A stretch of 64,000 nt of DNA, from assembly GCF_006345805.1 (NCBI RefSeq), contig NC_043003.1, positions 96,472,001 through 96,536,000 on the forward strand, read 5' to 3'. This DNA is from Octopus sinensis. Its lineage: Eukaryota. Both the position numbers and the translations under genes were made by a program. This document shows, piece by piece, positions 12,101 to 23,212 of the stretch. The notes beneath the pieces were generated by a model. The model was not told the origin of the DNA and ran no database searches. It saw nothing but the letters and a program-made list of their open reading frames with translations. Each line of letters starts with the position of its first letter. Within the stretch, counting starts at the first letter, position 1.

Positions 12101-15100
12101 GCTTTCCAGTTTTAATAAAGTTAATTGACTTCTGTGGGTCATGGTGGTGTTCCCTTGTGCTAATGACAGCGACTTTGCTCTCCACAACCATTTTGAGTAT
12201 TTGGTCATAAGCCAACAATAACAGCCTTCCCCTAAATCCTTTCAGCAGTGACTGAGGAGATATTTTAAGGATCCTCCTTCAGAACAGAGCAGAAAAGAAG
12301 GTGTCCTACACTTGTCCCAGAATGGAAAATTAACTGGTCTTAGAAGGACATCATAGACAGCATGAAAAGAAAACAGACACAATGGAATTCCTGCTGTATG
12401 GTGTCTGACAGATAATTCTGCTCTGTAGTATAATTACCCACTTTATCCGAACTTCTAGTAACCCAAAGCCCTTCTAGACAGCCTGTGTATATGTAAATGA
12501 GTTATGTAGAAGAAAAGTTTTTCATATATATATGGTCATTTGCACGTGTGTGTGTGTGTGTGTGAAAGAGATGTTAGGGAGAATAGATGGTTAATTGAGG
12601 CTAACATGTGGGGTCCAGAGAAAAAAAATAAAACATCATTCTCAGGAATTTGTGGATCCAGTGAATAAGGCCAAGCTAAATATAATAAAATGTGCTGAGG
12701 CTGATTTTCAAATGATCTAAAACCAGAATACCAAAAGCTTGGACTTATCAAATACTTCCATTGTCTAAACTCCTTTATTATTGGATATTCACCTTCTTTT
12801 CTTTTAAAACAAGCATAAACATACTAAATGATTAAACGGCTGAATTTTATATATTGATGTAATATATCAAAGAGTGAAGAGAAAGGGAATAAACAAGTGC
12901 ACAAGCGTGTTTCTGTTTATCAAAATTTAGCCTTTTGACTATTTGGTATATTTACATTTATTTGAAAGGAAAAGAAGGAAAATATTTAACAATGAGAGAA
13001 TTTAAAGAAGTAGAGAATTCAATATATAAACTATTTCAGTTTTCACTTATGTCTTTGATATCCTATCTCTGCAATAGACATATCATTTCTTGATGGTCAA
13101 CTTGAATTTCTGTAGATTAATGTTCGTTGCAAACACCCGAGCAAAGAAATAATATCAAAGGGTTACAGTTATGGGATTGGGAGAAGTATTTAGTTTGGAT
13201 GATAAATAACTTGCTAGTTCAGTTCAGAAAAGTGGGAATTGATGTAGAAGAAACAAGAAGATATGTAGTGTATTGCCACATGTAGTTATAGTATTAATGG
13301 GTTATGAATGAAGACTAATAGTACTGGTGGGTGATTGAAAATATACCAATCAGTTTTCTGAGGCAGTCCAGAATGATTGGGTATAAAGAAGCTGCTCTGT
13401 TCTAGATATGTGAGATATGCAAATAGTACTCAAATATGTGGTTCCTTTGTACTTAATGAGAGGTGAATAACCATTTGGAGTTGAATGAGTTTCTGCTACT
13501 GAAAAAGAAAACATATCTTAGTGACATAGTTTTGACTATGTGTTTGATGTGACGTTAAAGGAGACTGAAGTGATTTGCTTCAATAGGATGATGTTTATAA
13601 AGTTTTTGGTCATCAGATTTTATCCAGAGAATCTAAGTTGTCAGTAAGGAGTGGAAGGTGATAACATCCACAACAATTTTTGCCTTATTTTCCTTTTAAC
13701 TGATATATAATTAAAGTGACTAAAGGATCTTTTTTCCAATAAAAGACTTTGCTTAAAACATTAAACAATAATTCTTTTCTCGTGGCAAATTGATATACAG
13801 CATTGTTTACTTTTTTATCTTTTTTATATATCTTATCTTTTTTATATCTTTTATTTTTTACAGTTTGTCTTGATAAGTACCATTGTTTTCTGGCTTGGGC
13901 GCAGCTTTATTCTGGTAAGAAAATTTCTCAAAAATTATTTCCCTAAAATACAAACATCAACATTTGTCTCGCCAACATTTCAGTTAATTAAAAGAAAAGC
14001 AAAAGATACTTCCAAAGATAGAAATTAGATGCTGATCATCTGCATCAACATTGCCTTATGCCTAAATTAAAAATCACTGTCATTATTGTAAGTGATGAAC
14101 TGGCAGAAACGTTAGCACACCGGGGGAATTACTTAGCAATATTTTTTGTCTGTCTTTACATTCTGAGTTCAAATTCTGTCACGGTCAACTTTGCCTTTCA
14201 TCCTTTTGGGGTTGATAAATTAAGTACCAGTTGCATACTGGCTGGCCCTCTTCTCCAAAATTTTGGGCCTTGTGCCAAGAGTAGAAAAGAATCATTAGCC
14301 TTCCAGACAAAATGCTTCATGGCATCTCTTCCAGCTTATGCTCTGAGTTCAAACTCAGCTGCAGTCAACTTTGCCTTTCATCTATTTGGGGTTGATAAAA
14401 TAAGTATCAGTGGAACACTGGGATCAATATAATCAACAAGACCCTTCCTTGAAATTTTAGAATGGTAGAAAAGAGAAGTACGTATCTAATTGTTCAGCTG
14501 CCTCAAACTTCATTTCTTTATACTCTTTGTTCAAATCCCACTGGATCAACTTTGATAAATATTGTTCTAGGATCAATAGTATCCGGCATGTACTATGATT
14601 GATTTAATCAACCATATTTTGCCATTTTGAGGTTGTATGCCAATAAGAGAAGTCGTTAATATTGATATTCTGATCTTCCAAGTGAATCAAATCTCTGATA
14701 TTTTTTTAATTTTCATTTGAAATAGTTTAATCTTTTCATATATATTGTTGATATCCTTAGGGAAATAGGAACACTATATCTAATTTAGCACCTACTATTC
14801 TGAGCTTACGCATCAAGCTATTCACCACTAAAAATGTTTGGTATATAGTTCTCCCCAATCTGCAAGATATTTATCACATCTAATAATGATAATAATAACA
14901 TCATCATCATCATCGTTGTTTAACATCTGCTTTCCATACTGGTATGGGTTGCACAGTTTGACTGAAGGCTGAAGAGCCAGAAGGCTGCACCAGGCTACTA
15001 TCTGTTTTGGCAAAGTTTCTACAGCTGGATACCCTTCCTAATGCCAACCACTCTGAGAGTGTAGTAGATGCTTTTTACATGCCACTGGCATGGTACTGGC

Positions 15101-17121
15101 ATCGACCATGCTCAAATGGTGGTTTTTACATGCCACTGGCTAGTCAGACAGCACTGGCAATGACCACGCTTGAATGGTGTTTTTTACGTGCCACTGGCAC
15201 AGGAGCCAGTCAGGCGACACTGGCAATGATCATGTGCGAATGGTTCTTTTAATGTACTACTGGCATGAGTGCCAATCAGGTGGTACTGTCATTAGCCACA
15301 ACAATGATTCCACTTGCCTCAACAGGTCTTTGCAAGTGCAGTTTATTGCCTAATGATTGAAGGGTACTCTTAAATGGGCTGGTTATGCTGCACTGGCATA
15401 GGCCTCAGTTTGGGTCTCATTTGGCTTGCTGGATCTTCTCAGGCACAGCATATCTCCAAAGGTCTCGGTCATTTGTCATTGCCTAAGTGAGTGAGGCCCA
15501 ATGTTTGAAGGTCATGCTTCACCACCTCATCCCAGGTCTTCCTGGGCCTACTTCTTCCACAGATTCTCTCTAGTGCTAGGGTGTGATACCTTTTCACACA
15601 GCTGTTCTCATCCATTCGCAACACATGACCATACCAGCACAGTCGTCTCTCTTGCACACCACATCTGATGCTTCTTAAATCCAATTTTTCTCTCAGGGCG
15701 CTTACACTCTGATGTGTATGCACATTGACATTACACATCCAGCGGAGCATACTGGCTTCCTACCTAGCAATCTTACTCATGTCCTCAGCAGTCACGGCCC
15801 ATGTTTCACAGCCATGTAGCATGGCTGTTCGCACACATTTGTCATACAGTCTACCTTTTACTCTGAGTGAGATGCCCTTTGTTACCAGTTGAGGAAGGAG
15901 TTCTCTGAACTTTGCCCAGGCTATTCTTATTCTAGCAGCAACACTTTCAGAGCATCCACCCCCGCTACTGACTTGGTCACCCAAGTAATGGAAGCAATCA
16001 ACTACTTGTAGTCCCCCCCTCCCCCCGGAATGTGATGGAAGCTGTTTCCTGCACATTTTCAGTGTTTATTGCTCCTGAGCATCTGCCACACACAAAAACT
16101 ATCTTCCCAGTTAGCCTTCTTTTGATATTGCTGCACCTCTTATGTGTCCATACCTTTCCCTGGGTACATCTTATAGAGTTTCTATCTACGCCTTTTCTAC
16201 AGATTGAGCAGGGCCATCTACCTGAAGAGATTTGTAGTTTGTCTGCCTTCCTACTTATTAAGACTTTGGTTTTTCCTAGGTTGACTCTAAGGCACTTCAA
16301 TTCTAGACCTTGCTTCCCTACCTTAAACTTCTCTGCGAGTTCAGCTATTAGTACAAGGTCATCAGCACAGAGAAGCTTCCAGGGGCATCCTGTCTTGAAT
16401 TCCTCTGTTATTGCCTGGAGGACTATGATGAATAAGAGGGCTTATCCTTACTGGACCCCCTACCCCTACCCGGAATTCTTCACTGTACTCATTGCCAACC
16501 CTCACCTTACTGACAGCATCACAGTACATGGCTTGTACAGCTCTCACTAACCATCTATCCCCTGTTTCCTCATTGACCACCAGATACGGCATTGGGGTCC
16601 CTGTCAAAGGCTTTCTCCATGTTAACGAAAGCCAGGTACAGATGTTTATCTTTGGCTAGGTATTTCTCCTGCAGCTGTCTTACCATAAATATAGCATCAA
16701 TGGTGCTTTTCCCTGGCACAAACCCAAACCGCATCTCGTCTAGACTGCCCCACTCCCTAATTAGGTGGGATACGACCCTCTCTATGACTTTGAATACCTG
16801 ATCCAATAACTTGATACCTCTGTAATTATTTGTATCTAATGCATCACATTTACATTTGTAGCAGTTGACTATGGTGCTATTCCACCAGTTATTGGGTATG
16901 ACTCCTTCATGTATCACCTGATTGACTACATGTGTGACTAGACTATAGCCAACACTGCCAGATATTTTAAGCATCTCTGCAATGATTCCTGATGGACCGG
17001 GGGCTTTCTTTGTCTTCATTCTCTTAATTGCTTTACCTACCAAGGTACTGTCAATTCACATAGTTGGTCTTCAAACAATAATGATGATGAGGAGGATAAT
17101 AATAATAATAATAATAATAAT

Positions 17122-17170
<49 letters not shown>

Positions 17171-18407
17171 TCATAAGAATTTATAAATTGTTTAATGTAC
17201 ACAGTATATAGTTATGAGCTACTAATAGTTTTATACATTGGAGATGTTCTCTAGGCAGGTTTTAATCACATACCTACTGTCTCCAAACAATTTTCTTATT
17301 AAAACCTGCCTGGACAACATTTCCAATGTATGAAACTATTAATGGCTAATAACTATATACTGTATACATTAAATAATATTTATCTCTCACTGGATAGAGG
17401 ACATTTTTAGGTGATCTTATCATAACAGAAAAGTAAATTATATGTATTTATATTTATATGCTAAAGCAGACAGCAGAGCTTGGTGTAGTCTTGTGACTTG
17501 CCAGTTCTTGTCAAATTGCCCTGTCCATGCCAGCTTGGAAAATAGATGTTAAATGATGATGATAATGATGATGATATATATATATATATATATATATGAC
17601 AGGTTTCTTTCCATCTATCAAATTCATACAAAAGACACTTTGGTCAGAGCAGGGTTAAAATAGAAAACTGAGGTGCTGTTGTGGGACTGAACCTGAAACC
17701 ACATGGTTGGGAAGCAAACTTGTTAAACCCACACCCCTGTCTGTGATGCTAGCCATACACTGTCAATCCAAATTTCAATCTATGAGCCATGCCATGCTAT
17801 GCTATGCAACTGCTAATCATGCCAAAGATGTTTTATTCTATTCTACATTATTTTTCTTTAATTTCAGACTATTAGCACAATGCAGGTTATGGCTAGGTTT
17901 TATGAATTAATCAGAGTAAAAGAAGAAAACCAACCACCCACTATCATTGTAACAGGAACTAATGGTGACCAACAAACTGTACGCAACCCAGCTTATAAGC
18001 CAAAACCCCAGCGTTCTGTATCAGTAACAACAGTCAGCAGCACAATCAGTAATCTCAGCAACCCTGATGAATACTGTGAGAAGCAATACCCTGGATTTCT
18101 TCCAATGTCAATCAATTATGAATACAACTACCCTTATACATTTGATGATGATCTATACGATCCTCAGTTTCTGCAATATATCATTGACTCTTATCCTGAA
18201 AACCAACAGTCTGCTACTGGAGCATCTGGAACAATTGTATCCCCTTCATATGAGGAAGCAACAAATGGACCTAATTTGTGCCCACCCCCTTATAATGTAC
18301 ATGAAAACTTGCCACCATCTTATAATGAAGGGGATGCGAATTACACGTTATCTGCAAGACGCACTGATAATACACCTTCCTCTACCTTGCTAGATAATCA
18401 ACATTAA
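2787..18407 (+). CDS. Uncharacterised four-transmembrane protein with C-terminal PY motifs (LAPTM/DUF4728-like architecture); 5' part lies upstream of the window. join(2787..2886,5402..5487,10258..10377,13864..13914,17868..18407)
   Basis: Five exons with canonical AG/GT sites and compatible phases (0-1, 1-0, 0-0, 0-0, 0-stop) give one open frame of 298 aa: TFCILHLLLWLCIVFRIG...ISDSICILVTFGAMFGLTR DYKGRIFLFIWVIFMVFYLIFEALLNCCFLYW...FVLISTIVFWLGRSFIL TISTMQVMARFYELIR...PPPY...LPPSY. Four hydrophobic segments. The family assignment is inferred from architecture only. Confidence 0.8.
3020..3192. mobile_element. Right part of a piggyBac-like (TTAA) MITE
   Basis: Ends ...tgaatgctaaaggtttaa, the inverse of the ttaaccctttagcatt terminus seen at 46845 and 47502. 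Confidence 0.5.
4337..4840 (+). mobile_element. Truncated maT/DD37D-like Tc1-mariner element
   Basis: TA|CAGGGTG terminus. Decayed transposase segment ...SIMVFGVITSDGDVMPPFIFPQGLRFNMEAYIKCLEEVVLPWVKRVA...QQDSAPCHT, typical of the maT group. Cut off by a SINE at about 4840. Confidence 0.7.
4845..5362 (+). mobile_element. tRNA-derived SINE family A (CORE-like centre, internal microsatellite), diverged copy
   Basis: Homologous to the full copies at 22055 and 29494; carries an internal (TATG)n/(TG)n tract and ends aatgactgaaacaaataaaa. Confidence 0.8.
5402..5487 (+). CDS. 4TM gene, exon b (TM2)
   Basis: ttttttgcag acceptor, gtaagt donor; (A)ISQLSTVGSISDSICILVTFGAMFGLTR; phase 1 to 0. Confidence 0.8.
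5511..5852 (-). mobile_element. SINE family A, antisense copy
   Basis: Starts with the reverse tail ttcttttacttgtttcagtcatt; homologous to 19588-19999. Confidence 0.85.
5860..6160 (-). mobile_element. Interspersed repeat, family D (SINE-like)
   Basis: An inverted partial copy is present at 6427-6484; classification is uncertain. Confidence 0.4.
6165..6427. repeat. Opposed (TAT)n (6165-6227) and (AAT)n (6370-6427) tracts
   Basis: Direct reading. Confidence 0.9.
6720..6890 (-). mobile_element. Gypsy LTR-retrotransposon integrase C-terminal remnant
   Basis: Translation VKPPLTAPYAGPFHFL...FFTIDLNGHKDTISVDRLKKAF matches the conserved PY.GP...SIDRLKPA tail of Ty3/Gypsy pol. Confidence 0.7.
7276..7448 (-). 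mobile_element. Partial HINE/DINE-1-like (Helentron-associated) element
   Basis: Reverse complement of the first about 190 bp of 7818-8209, including the (GTTT)n tract. Confidence 0.6.
7818..8209 (+). mobile_element. HINE/DINE-1-like non-autonomous element
   Basis: 5' hairpin ctccaccttagcgaaggcggag, internal (GTTT)n, 3' ccttggcagaggt followed by the small hairpin gtgctctccgagtgc and ttgtt; this layout is typical of Helentron-associated elements. Confidence 0.55.
8208..8400. repeat. Degenerate minisatellite of about 13 bp (tatagtatctatt-like)
   Basis: Repeated tatagtatct/tatagtac units read directly. Confidence 0.7.
8538..8585 (-). ncRNA. Minimal type I hammerhead ribozyme motif (Penelope-type)
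   Basis: Minus strand reads UUCAUUA CUGAGGA GACC gaauga GGUU GAA ACA cug UGU C UAGUGAG: 7-bp stem I, CUGANGA core, 4-bp stem II, GAAA, short stem III, GUC cleavage triplet. Confidence 0.8.
9150..9800 (-). mobile_element. Penelope-like retroelement 3' remnant (GIY-YIG endonuclease plus terminal hammerhead-like motif)
   Basis: Minus-strand frame with stops: WKYIGPAGMAFKQRLYNHRSSF...GPYINGSRGCKLCIAE*...LNTCQEIYCPCFH (YIG at 9715-9723, CKLC at about 9565-9576). Hammerhead-like fold at 9169-9232. Confidence 0.8.
10258..10377 (+). CDS. 4TM gene, exon c (TM3)
   Basis: tttccag acceptor, gtaagt donor; 120 bp, DYKGRIFLFIWVIF...NKQLK. Confidence 0.85.
10520..10765 (-). mobile_element. tRNA-derived SINE family E
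   Basis: Reverse-complement homology to the interrupted copy at 51885-52345; tRNA-like head at the right end. Confidence 0.65.
11690..12380 (-). mobile_element. Decayed R2/Hero-type non-LTR retrotransposon, 3' region (CCHC finger plus REL endonuclease)
   Basis: Translations HAVYDVLLRP...LLCSEGGSLKYLLSHC*KDLGEGCYCW.YDQILK, QLILMEITVL and VACRCF...AIQSSSEAVGK resemble Hero-group AVYDVLP, HDQVL, ELTVPWE and EVGCRGF motifs. Confidence 0.65.
13864..13914 (+). CDS. 4TM gene, exon d (start of TM4)
   Basis: tttttacag acceptor, gtaaga donor; 51 bp, FVLISTIVFWLGRSFIL. Confidence 0.8.
14090..14470 (+). mobile_element. Two tandem partial copies of SINE family C
   Basis: Both carry ttctgagttcaaa...gtcaactttgcctttcatc...ggggttgataaa.taagtaccag. 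Confidence 0.75.
14903..17075 (-). mobile_element. 5'-truncated RTE-clade LINE (about 2.2 kb): RT, PHD-like finger, 3' UTR, (GAT)n tail
   Basis: Frameshifted ORF pieces 16570-17043 (KAPGPSGI, NYRGIKLL, FGFVPGKST, AFVNMEKAFDR), 16362-16607, 15998-16300, 15760-16056 and 15469-15750 (RLCWYGHVLRM...RPRKTW). The UTR ends in atgatgatgatg. Confidence 0.92.
17097..17168. repeat. (AAT)n microsatellite
   Basis: Direct reading. Confidence 0.95.
17868..18407 (+). CDS. 4TM gene, terminal coding exon (cytoplasmic tail with PY motifs)
   Basis: tttcag acceptor; 179 codons plus TAA, matching ORF 17880..18407 extended by 4 codons; non-repetitive. Confidence 0.85.
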   Translation, partial: TISTMQVMARFYELIRVKEENQPPTIIVTGTNGDQQTVRNPAYKPKPQRSVSVTTVSSTISNLSNPDEYCEKQYPGFLPMSINYEYNYPYTFDDDLYDPQFLQYIIDSYPENQQSATGASGTIVSPSYEEATNGPNLCPPPYNVHENLPPSYNEGDANYTLSARRTDNTPSSTLLDNQH

Positions 18408-19429
18408 TCTTCCCCACAGTTCCATTTTAACTTCAACTTTAGAAATGTAAAATTGCTTCAAATTTTTAGAATCAATATTGCTTTTTTTTTTCATTAATTT
18501 TGTATAAAAAGTGCTTTTAAAATGATGTGTTTTCTATTAAAAATGGCTAATATTGATAACATAACAACATCTCTGTAACAAAAATGCTTTAAAAATGACT
18601 CTTTCAATATTGAAAATGTCAACTAACACAACTGACATGACACTAAATTGCTGTAATGGTGAATAAACAATCTTTAAAAGAATATTTCATAACAGCTTCC
18701 TTTTTAGAGCAGAAAATACAACTCAGTCCTGAAGAGTGGCTAGCACAATAAAAATCCCCAAATCACCCATTAGTATGGCAGTGACAATACAAGTGTAAAT
18801 TACAATCAAGGGAAAAGTAGTGAATAGAGAGCTAGTAACATAATTTAAATTGAAGAATTGTGTGTTTCTATTTCTAACTATTTATCACCTTGAGATGAAT
18901 ATGATATCTGGTAGGGCTGTAATCTCTAAGGTTTTTGACAGTTTTCGTCATATCTGATAATGTTGTGGATCTGGTAATGTTGTGACAGCTTGGATCATTG
19001 CACAATCTGAAAGAGTGGGGATATGTCACAAATATGGAATTTACTGATAACACACTGACTTTTATAGAATTATAATTATTCTTATCTACTGAAATATTTG
19101 ATTGTCCTGTGATATCAGAAGATTTGTGATAACTAATATCAATGTGATATCTGTAATCTTGTAATATTCAAAACTAGAACAACATTATGATATCTATATA
19201 TTAATATGTTAAGGCTGAATATGTTACACTGTCATGTGATTAGTTGAAGGGAGAGGTAAAGAGTGAGAGAAAAAGTGGGAGAGAGAAGTGTTAATGACAA
19301 GGTGGGAGAAAGTAATAATTATTATGTAGGCTGAAAAGTTAGTTGAAAGGAGAGATATAAAGGAAGAGAGTTAAAAGTACAATGTTTAGCAGAAGGCTGA
19401 TGCTCTGGTAGTGAGGTTAAAGATATGCA

Positions 19430-19440
19430 GTTAGAGAGAG

Positions 19441-19503
<63 letters not shown>
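19430..19503. repeat. (GA)n microsatellite
   Basis: Direct reading. Confidence 0.95.
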
Positions 19504-19505
<2 letters not shown>

Positions 19506-19587
19506 AAGGTAGTTATATTAAGAGTGAGAGGCAGATAAATTGAGAGTAGTGATGCTGTACAAGCTGATGCATTACAGTGTCATATCA

Positions 19588-19999
19588 TTTACTCTTTACT
19601 CTTTTACTTGTTTCAGTCATTTGACTGCGGCTATGCTGGAGCACTGCCTTTAGTCGAGCAACTCGACCCCGGGACATATTCTTTGTAAGCCCAGTACTTA
19701 TTCTATCAGTCTCTTTTGCCGAACCACTAAGTGACGGGGACGTAAACACACCAGCATCGGTTGTCAAGCAATGCTAGGGTGACAAACACAGACACACATA
19801 CACACACACACACACATATATATATACATATATATGACAGGCTTCTTTCAGTTTCCGTCTACCAAATCCACTCACAAGGCATTGGTCAGCCTGGGGCTAT
19901 AGCAGAAGACACTTGCCCAAGATGCCAAGCAGTGGGACTGAACCTAGAACCATGTGGTTGGTTAGCAAGCTACTTACCACACAGCCACTCCTGCGCCTA
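19588..19999 (-). mobile_element. SINE family A, full length
   Basis: tRNA-like head with box A TGGCTGTGTGG and a box B-like motif, ccttgggcaagtgtctt-like centre, internal microsatellite, (GAGTAAAA) tail. Confidence 0.9.
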
Positions 20000-20101
20000 T
20001 TTATGGAAGTGAGAAGTGAAGAGAAAGTGAGAGAGAAATGATAATGTGGAGAGGGTAATTACATGATTAAAAAGTTAGAGGTAGAAAGAAAGAGAAAGAG
20101 A

Positions 20102-20147
<46 letters not shown>

Positions 20148-22054
20148 ATTATAAAGCGTTTAACAGAAGGACATTTTAAACATCATATATTATTGTGACT
20201 GACAAGAAAATAGCAATTTTATATTTAACCTTTTACATCTCCTATCTGTCCAATCTATTTATCTGTCTATCCACATTGACAAATACATCGATGGGTGGAC
20301 TGTGGAAGGAAGGTTTATATTAGATGTAACAATAAACTTATCATAGATACAAAGATAGATTTATCAATGAAAGTGAAATAACTTAGCAAAATAATTGTGG
20401 ATGTTATTTGTTTTTTAAATTTGATGCCAGAGTAGATAGGTACATTGGCTGCAAGAAATTTAGATACAAACAACTGATCTGAACTGAACAGAAATGAAAA
20501 GAAAATAATCTTGGTTGATGAAGAACTTAGACTGAGCTTTGTTTCTGAAAGCTACAATGGTGGTGTTGGTGGTGGTAAGGGAGGTGTCAGTGGTGGCTGG
20601 ATAGTGAAAAGTGCAGCTTTGTTTTTTATTGAACTTTTGCATCACTTAACACATGTATAAATATGTGCAATTATTTATCGTCTGCTCGCTTGAAAATTGA
20701 TGTATGTTTATAAACTATGGATGATAAATGATGTAAGCTAACAAGAGAAAGAATGAGACAGAATAGGCAATGATGTAAAGAGAAGGAGAGGATCAAATCA
20801 CCAGAACAAGCATGGGAACAGCAGCATTGAAGGGAAAATATGAATCAAAGAGAATACAGTGAGTGTTTAAAACAGATAAGAGAATAGAAAATGAAATGTA
20901 TATTCTTGAATGTTACTTTGGATCACAAAGGGAAGAAAACCACTAGCCACAGGGTTGCTAGCCAGTTCCAGAATTAGGCAAGCTTTGTTTAGAATACTTT
21001 TTTTTGTTCTTCCTGATTAACAGGTAACCAGTACCCATGGAGGACTACTCATTTATTTTAGGTTGCTGCCAAGTCTCTCTTTCACCATAGTAGGAAAAGA
21101 AGCAATCAACCCTCCAGCTGCCTACATGTAGGGCTTTCAGTTACATACTTCCAGTGATCTAGATTGCATGTTCCTCTACTCCCTGTCACTACATGACTTT
21201 GTGAGAGGTCAATGGTATGTTTCCCAGGTAGTTCCTCTGTTTTTATATTGATTATATTGAATATATAGAGCTGCATTCACTTTTCAGATATCTCTTCATG
21301 GCCCAGCATTAGCTATGGCAGGTCTAGTTTTTTTCATTCCGCAGGATGTCCAACATCATTCTCAGTAAGCAAGTTTGGTGGGTTTGCCAGTTTAACCACT
21401 ATCAACCCAACAACCTGACTGTGCAACCAGTTGTACTGGGTAACATGTTACCAGAAGTGTTCTCAAGAGACCTAACATAAGCATACATACATATAGTAGT
21501 AATAACTCCCTTCATGTTCTGCAAGTTCACTGTCATCAATTCACTGCAGAGAAAGTTCTTCGTCATCAATTCTCCATTTTTTTTTTTTCCAATAAAACAG
21601 TTTTTAACTATTAATGGTGAGATACTATGGATATGTAGTGAGTCAGAAAAGCTATTTGTTTGACCACAGCATAGTACAGTTGTGCTATGGCATACTCCAG
21701 CCAGTCAGGGCTAGACACATAGGAATACAAAAGGCAGTTCTCTGCCAAAGCAGAGAAGTGGGAGTTTTAAGCAGTTGATGAAAAGATGGCACAGCAGCAA
21801 CAGTTCTTCTTTCAACATGAAACAATTTTTGTTTTTTCGCCACCATCTTCATGCAGCAAACTTGGAGTTGTATCAGCTCTTGACTTGTCACCTCTTGAAC
21901 AGCCTAGTTCATTTACCTCTAACTTCACTATTTGAAAGTCTGGATGACATCAGCCACAACTCTGCCTCATAATGAACTGTATGTTTTTGTTTAAGCTAGT
22001 TTTGTTCCTATTAGCTTCCAAGAGAAACTTTTTTTATTCAAAAGTAAGTTATAA

Positions 22055-22444
22055 TAGGCGCAGGAGTGGCTGTGTGGTAAGTAGCTTGCTAACCAACCAC
22101 ATGGTTCCGGATTCAGTCCCACTATGTGGCATCTTGGGCAAGTATCTTCTGCTATAGCTCCGGGCCGACCAATGCCTTGTGAGTAGATTTGGTAGACGGA
22201 AACTGAAAGAAGCCTGTTGTATATATGTATGTGTATGTGTGTCTGTGTTTGTCTCCCTAGCATTGCTTGACAACCGATGCTGGTGTGTTTAAGTCCCTGT
22301 CACTTAGCGGTTTGGCAAAAGAGACCGATAGAATAAGTACTGGGCTTACAAAGAATAAGTCCCGGGGTCGATCTGCTTGACTAAAGGTGGTGCTCCAGCA
22401 TGGCCACAGTCAAATGACTGAAACAAGTAAAAGAGTAAAGAGAG
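22055..22444 (+). mobile_element. SINE family A, full length
   Basis: ggcgcaggagtggctgtgtggtaag head, GATTCAGTCCC box B-like motif, aagtaaaagagtaaag tail. The CORE-like assignment is by resemblance only. Confidence 0.9.
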
Positions 22445-22863
22445 CATAATGCTTTACCTGACTCATATACACATACAAGCCACACCTCTTGCTACTTGTC
22501 AGCACTTGTTCTTAATTTAATAAGATTACAATGTTTTGTTTAAAAGCTACTTTCTGATATTCATTTTCAGATGCTTCTCAAAAGCGCATTTAATGGAATT
22601 GTTCATGAACACTTTCATACTTTTAATTAGTGACCACTATCACAAATGATATATTTCCCCAGTAAATTTTCCTCGCAGTGAACTTTCCTCACCGTGAACT
22701 TGCTTCACAGTGAACTGATGGCAGTAAACTTACCTGTAATCAACTCCCTTCCTATTAACATAATCTAACATTACTTCCCATGGTTACTATTGTCATCATT
22801 TAAAATTTTAAAACTTAAGCCTGCAGTTCTTATTTTAACCTTTTTCTTTTTGTATAACATACC

Positions 22864-23092
22864 TATTTCTTTATTACCCACAAGGGGCTAAACATAGAGG
22901 AGACAAACATGCACAGACATAGGTATTAAGTCGATTTTATTGGCCCCAGTGCGTAACTGGTACTTAATTTATCGACCCCAAAAGGATGAAAGGCAAAGTC
23001 GACCCCAGCGGAATTTGAACTCACAACGTTACGGCAGCCGAAATACCGCTAAGCATTTCGCCCGACGTACTAACGATTCTGCCAGCTCGCCT
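22864..23092 (-). mobile_element. tRNA-derived SINE family C, full length
   Basis: Reverse complement of 28337-28569; box B-like gagttcaaattcc; central gcctttcatcct..ggggtcgataaa domain. Confidence 0.85.
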
Positions 23093-23212
23093 TTTTGTAT
23101 AACATACCAAAGACTATCCTTGTCTCTATGATACAAACTTCATGTATTAAAGATTTAATTAAAACTCATTAAAATTTCAAGCTAATTTATGAGCCAAACA
23201 TCAGTTTAGTAA

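Noticed and set aside
21640-21972. Overlapping short ORFs on both strands in intergenic DNA
   Set aside because: No recognisable motif, splice context or continuity.
22055-22130. tRNA genes at SINE heads (also 19930-19999, 29494-29570 and others)
   Set aside because: Box A/B motifs are present, but no cloverleaf could be folded and the sequences continue into SINE bodies.
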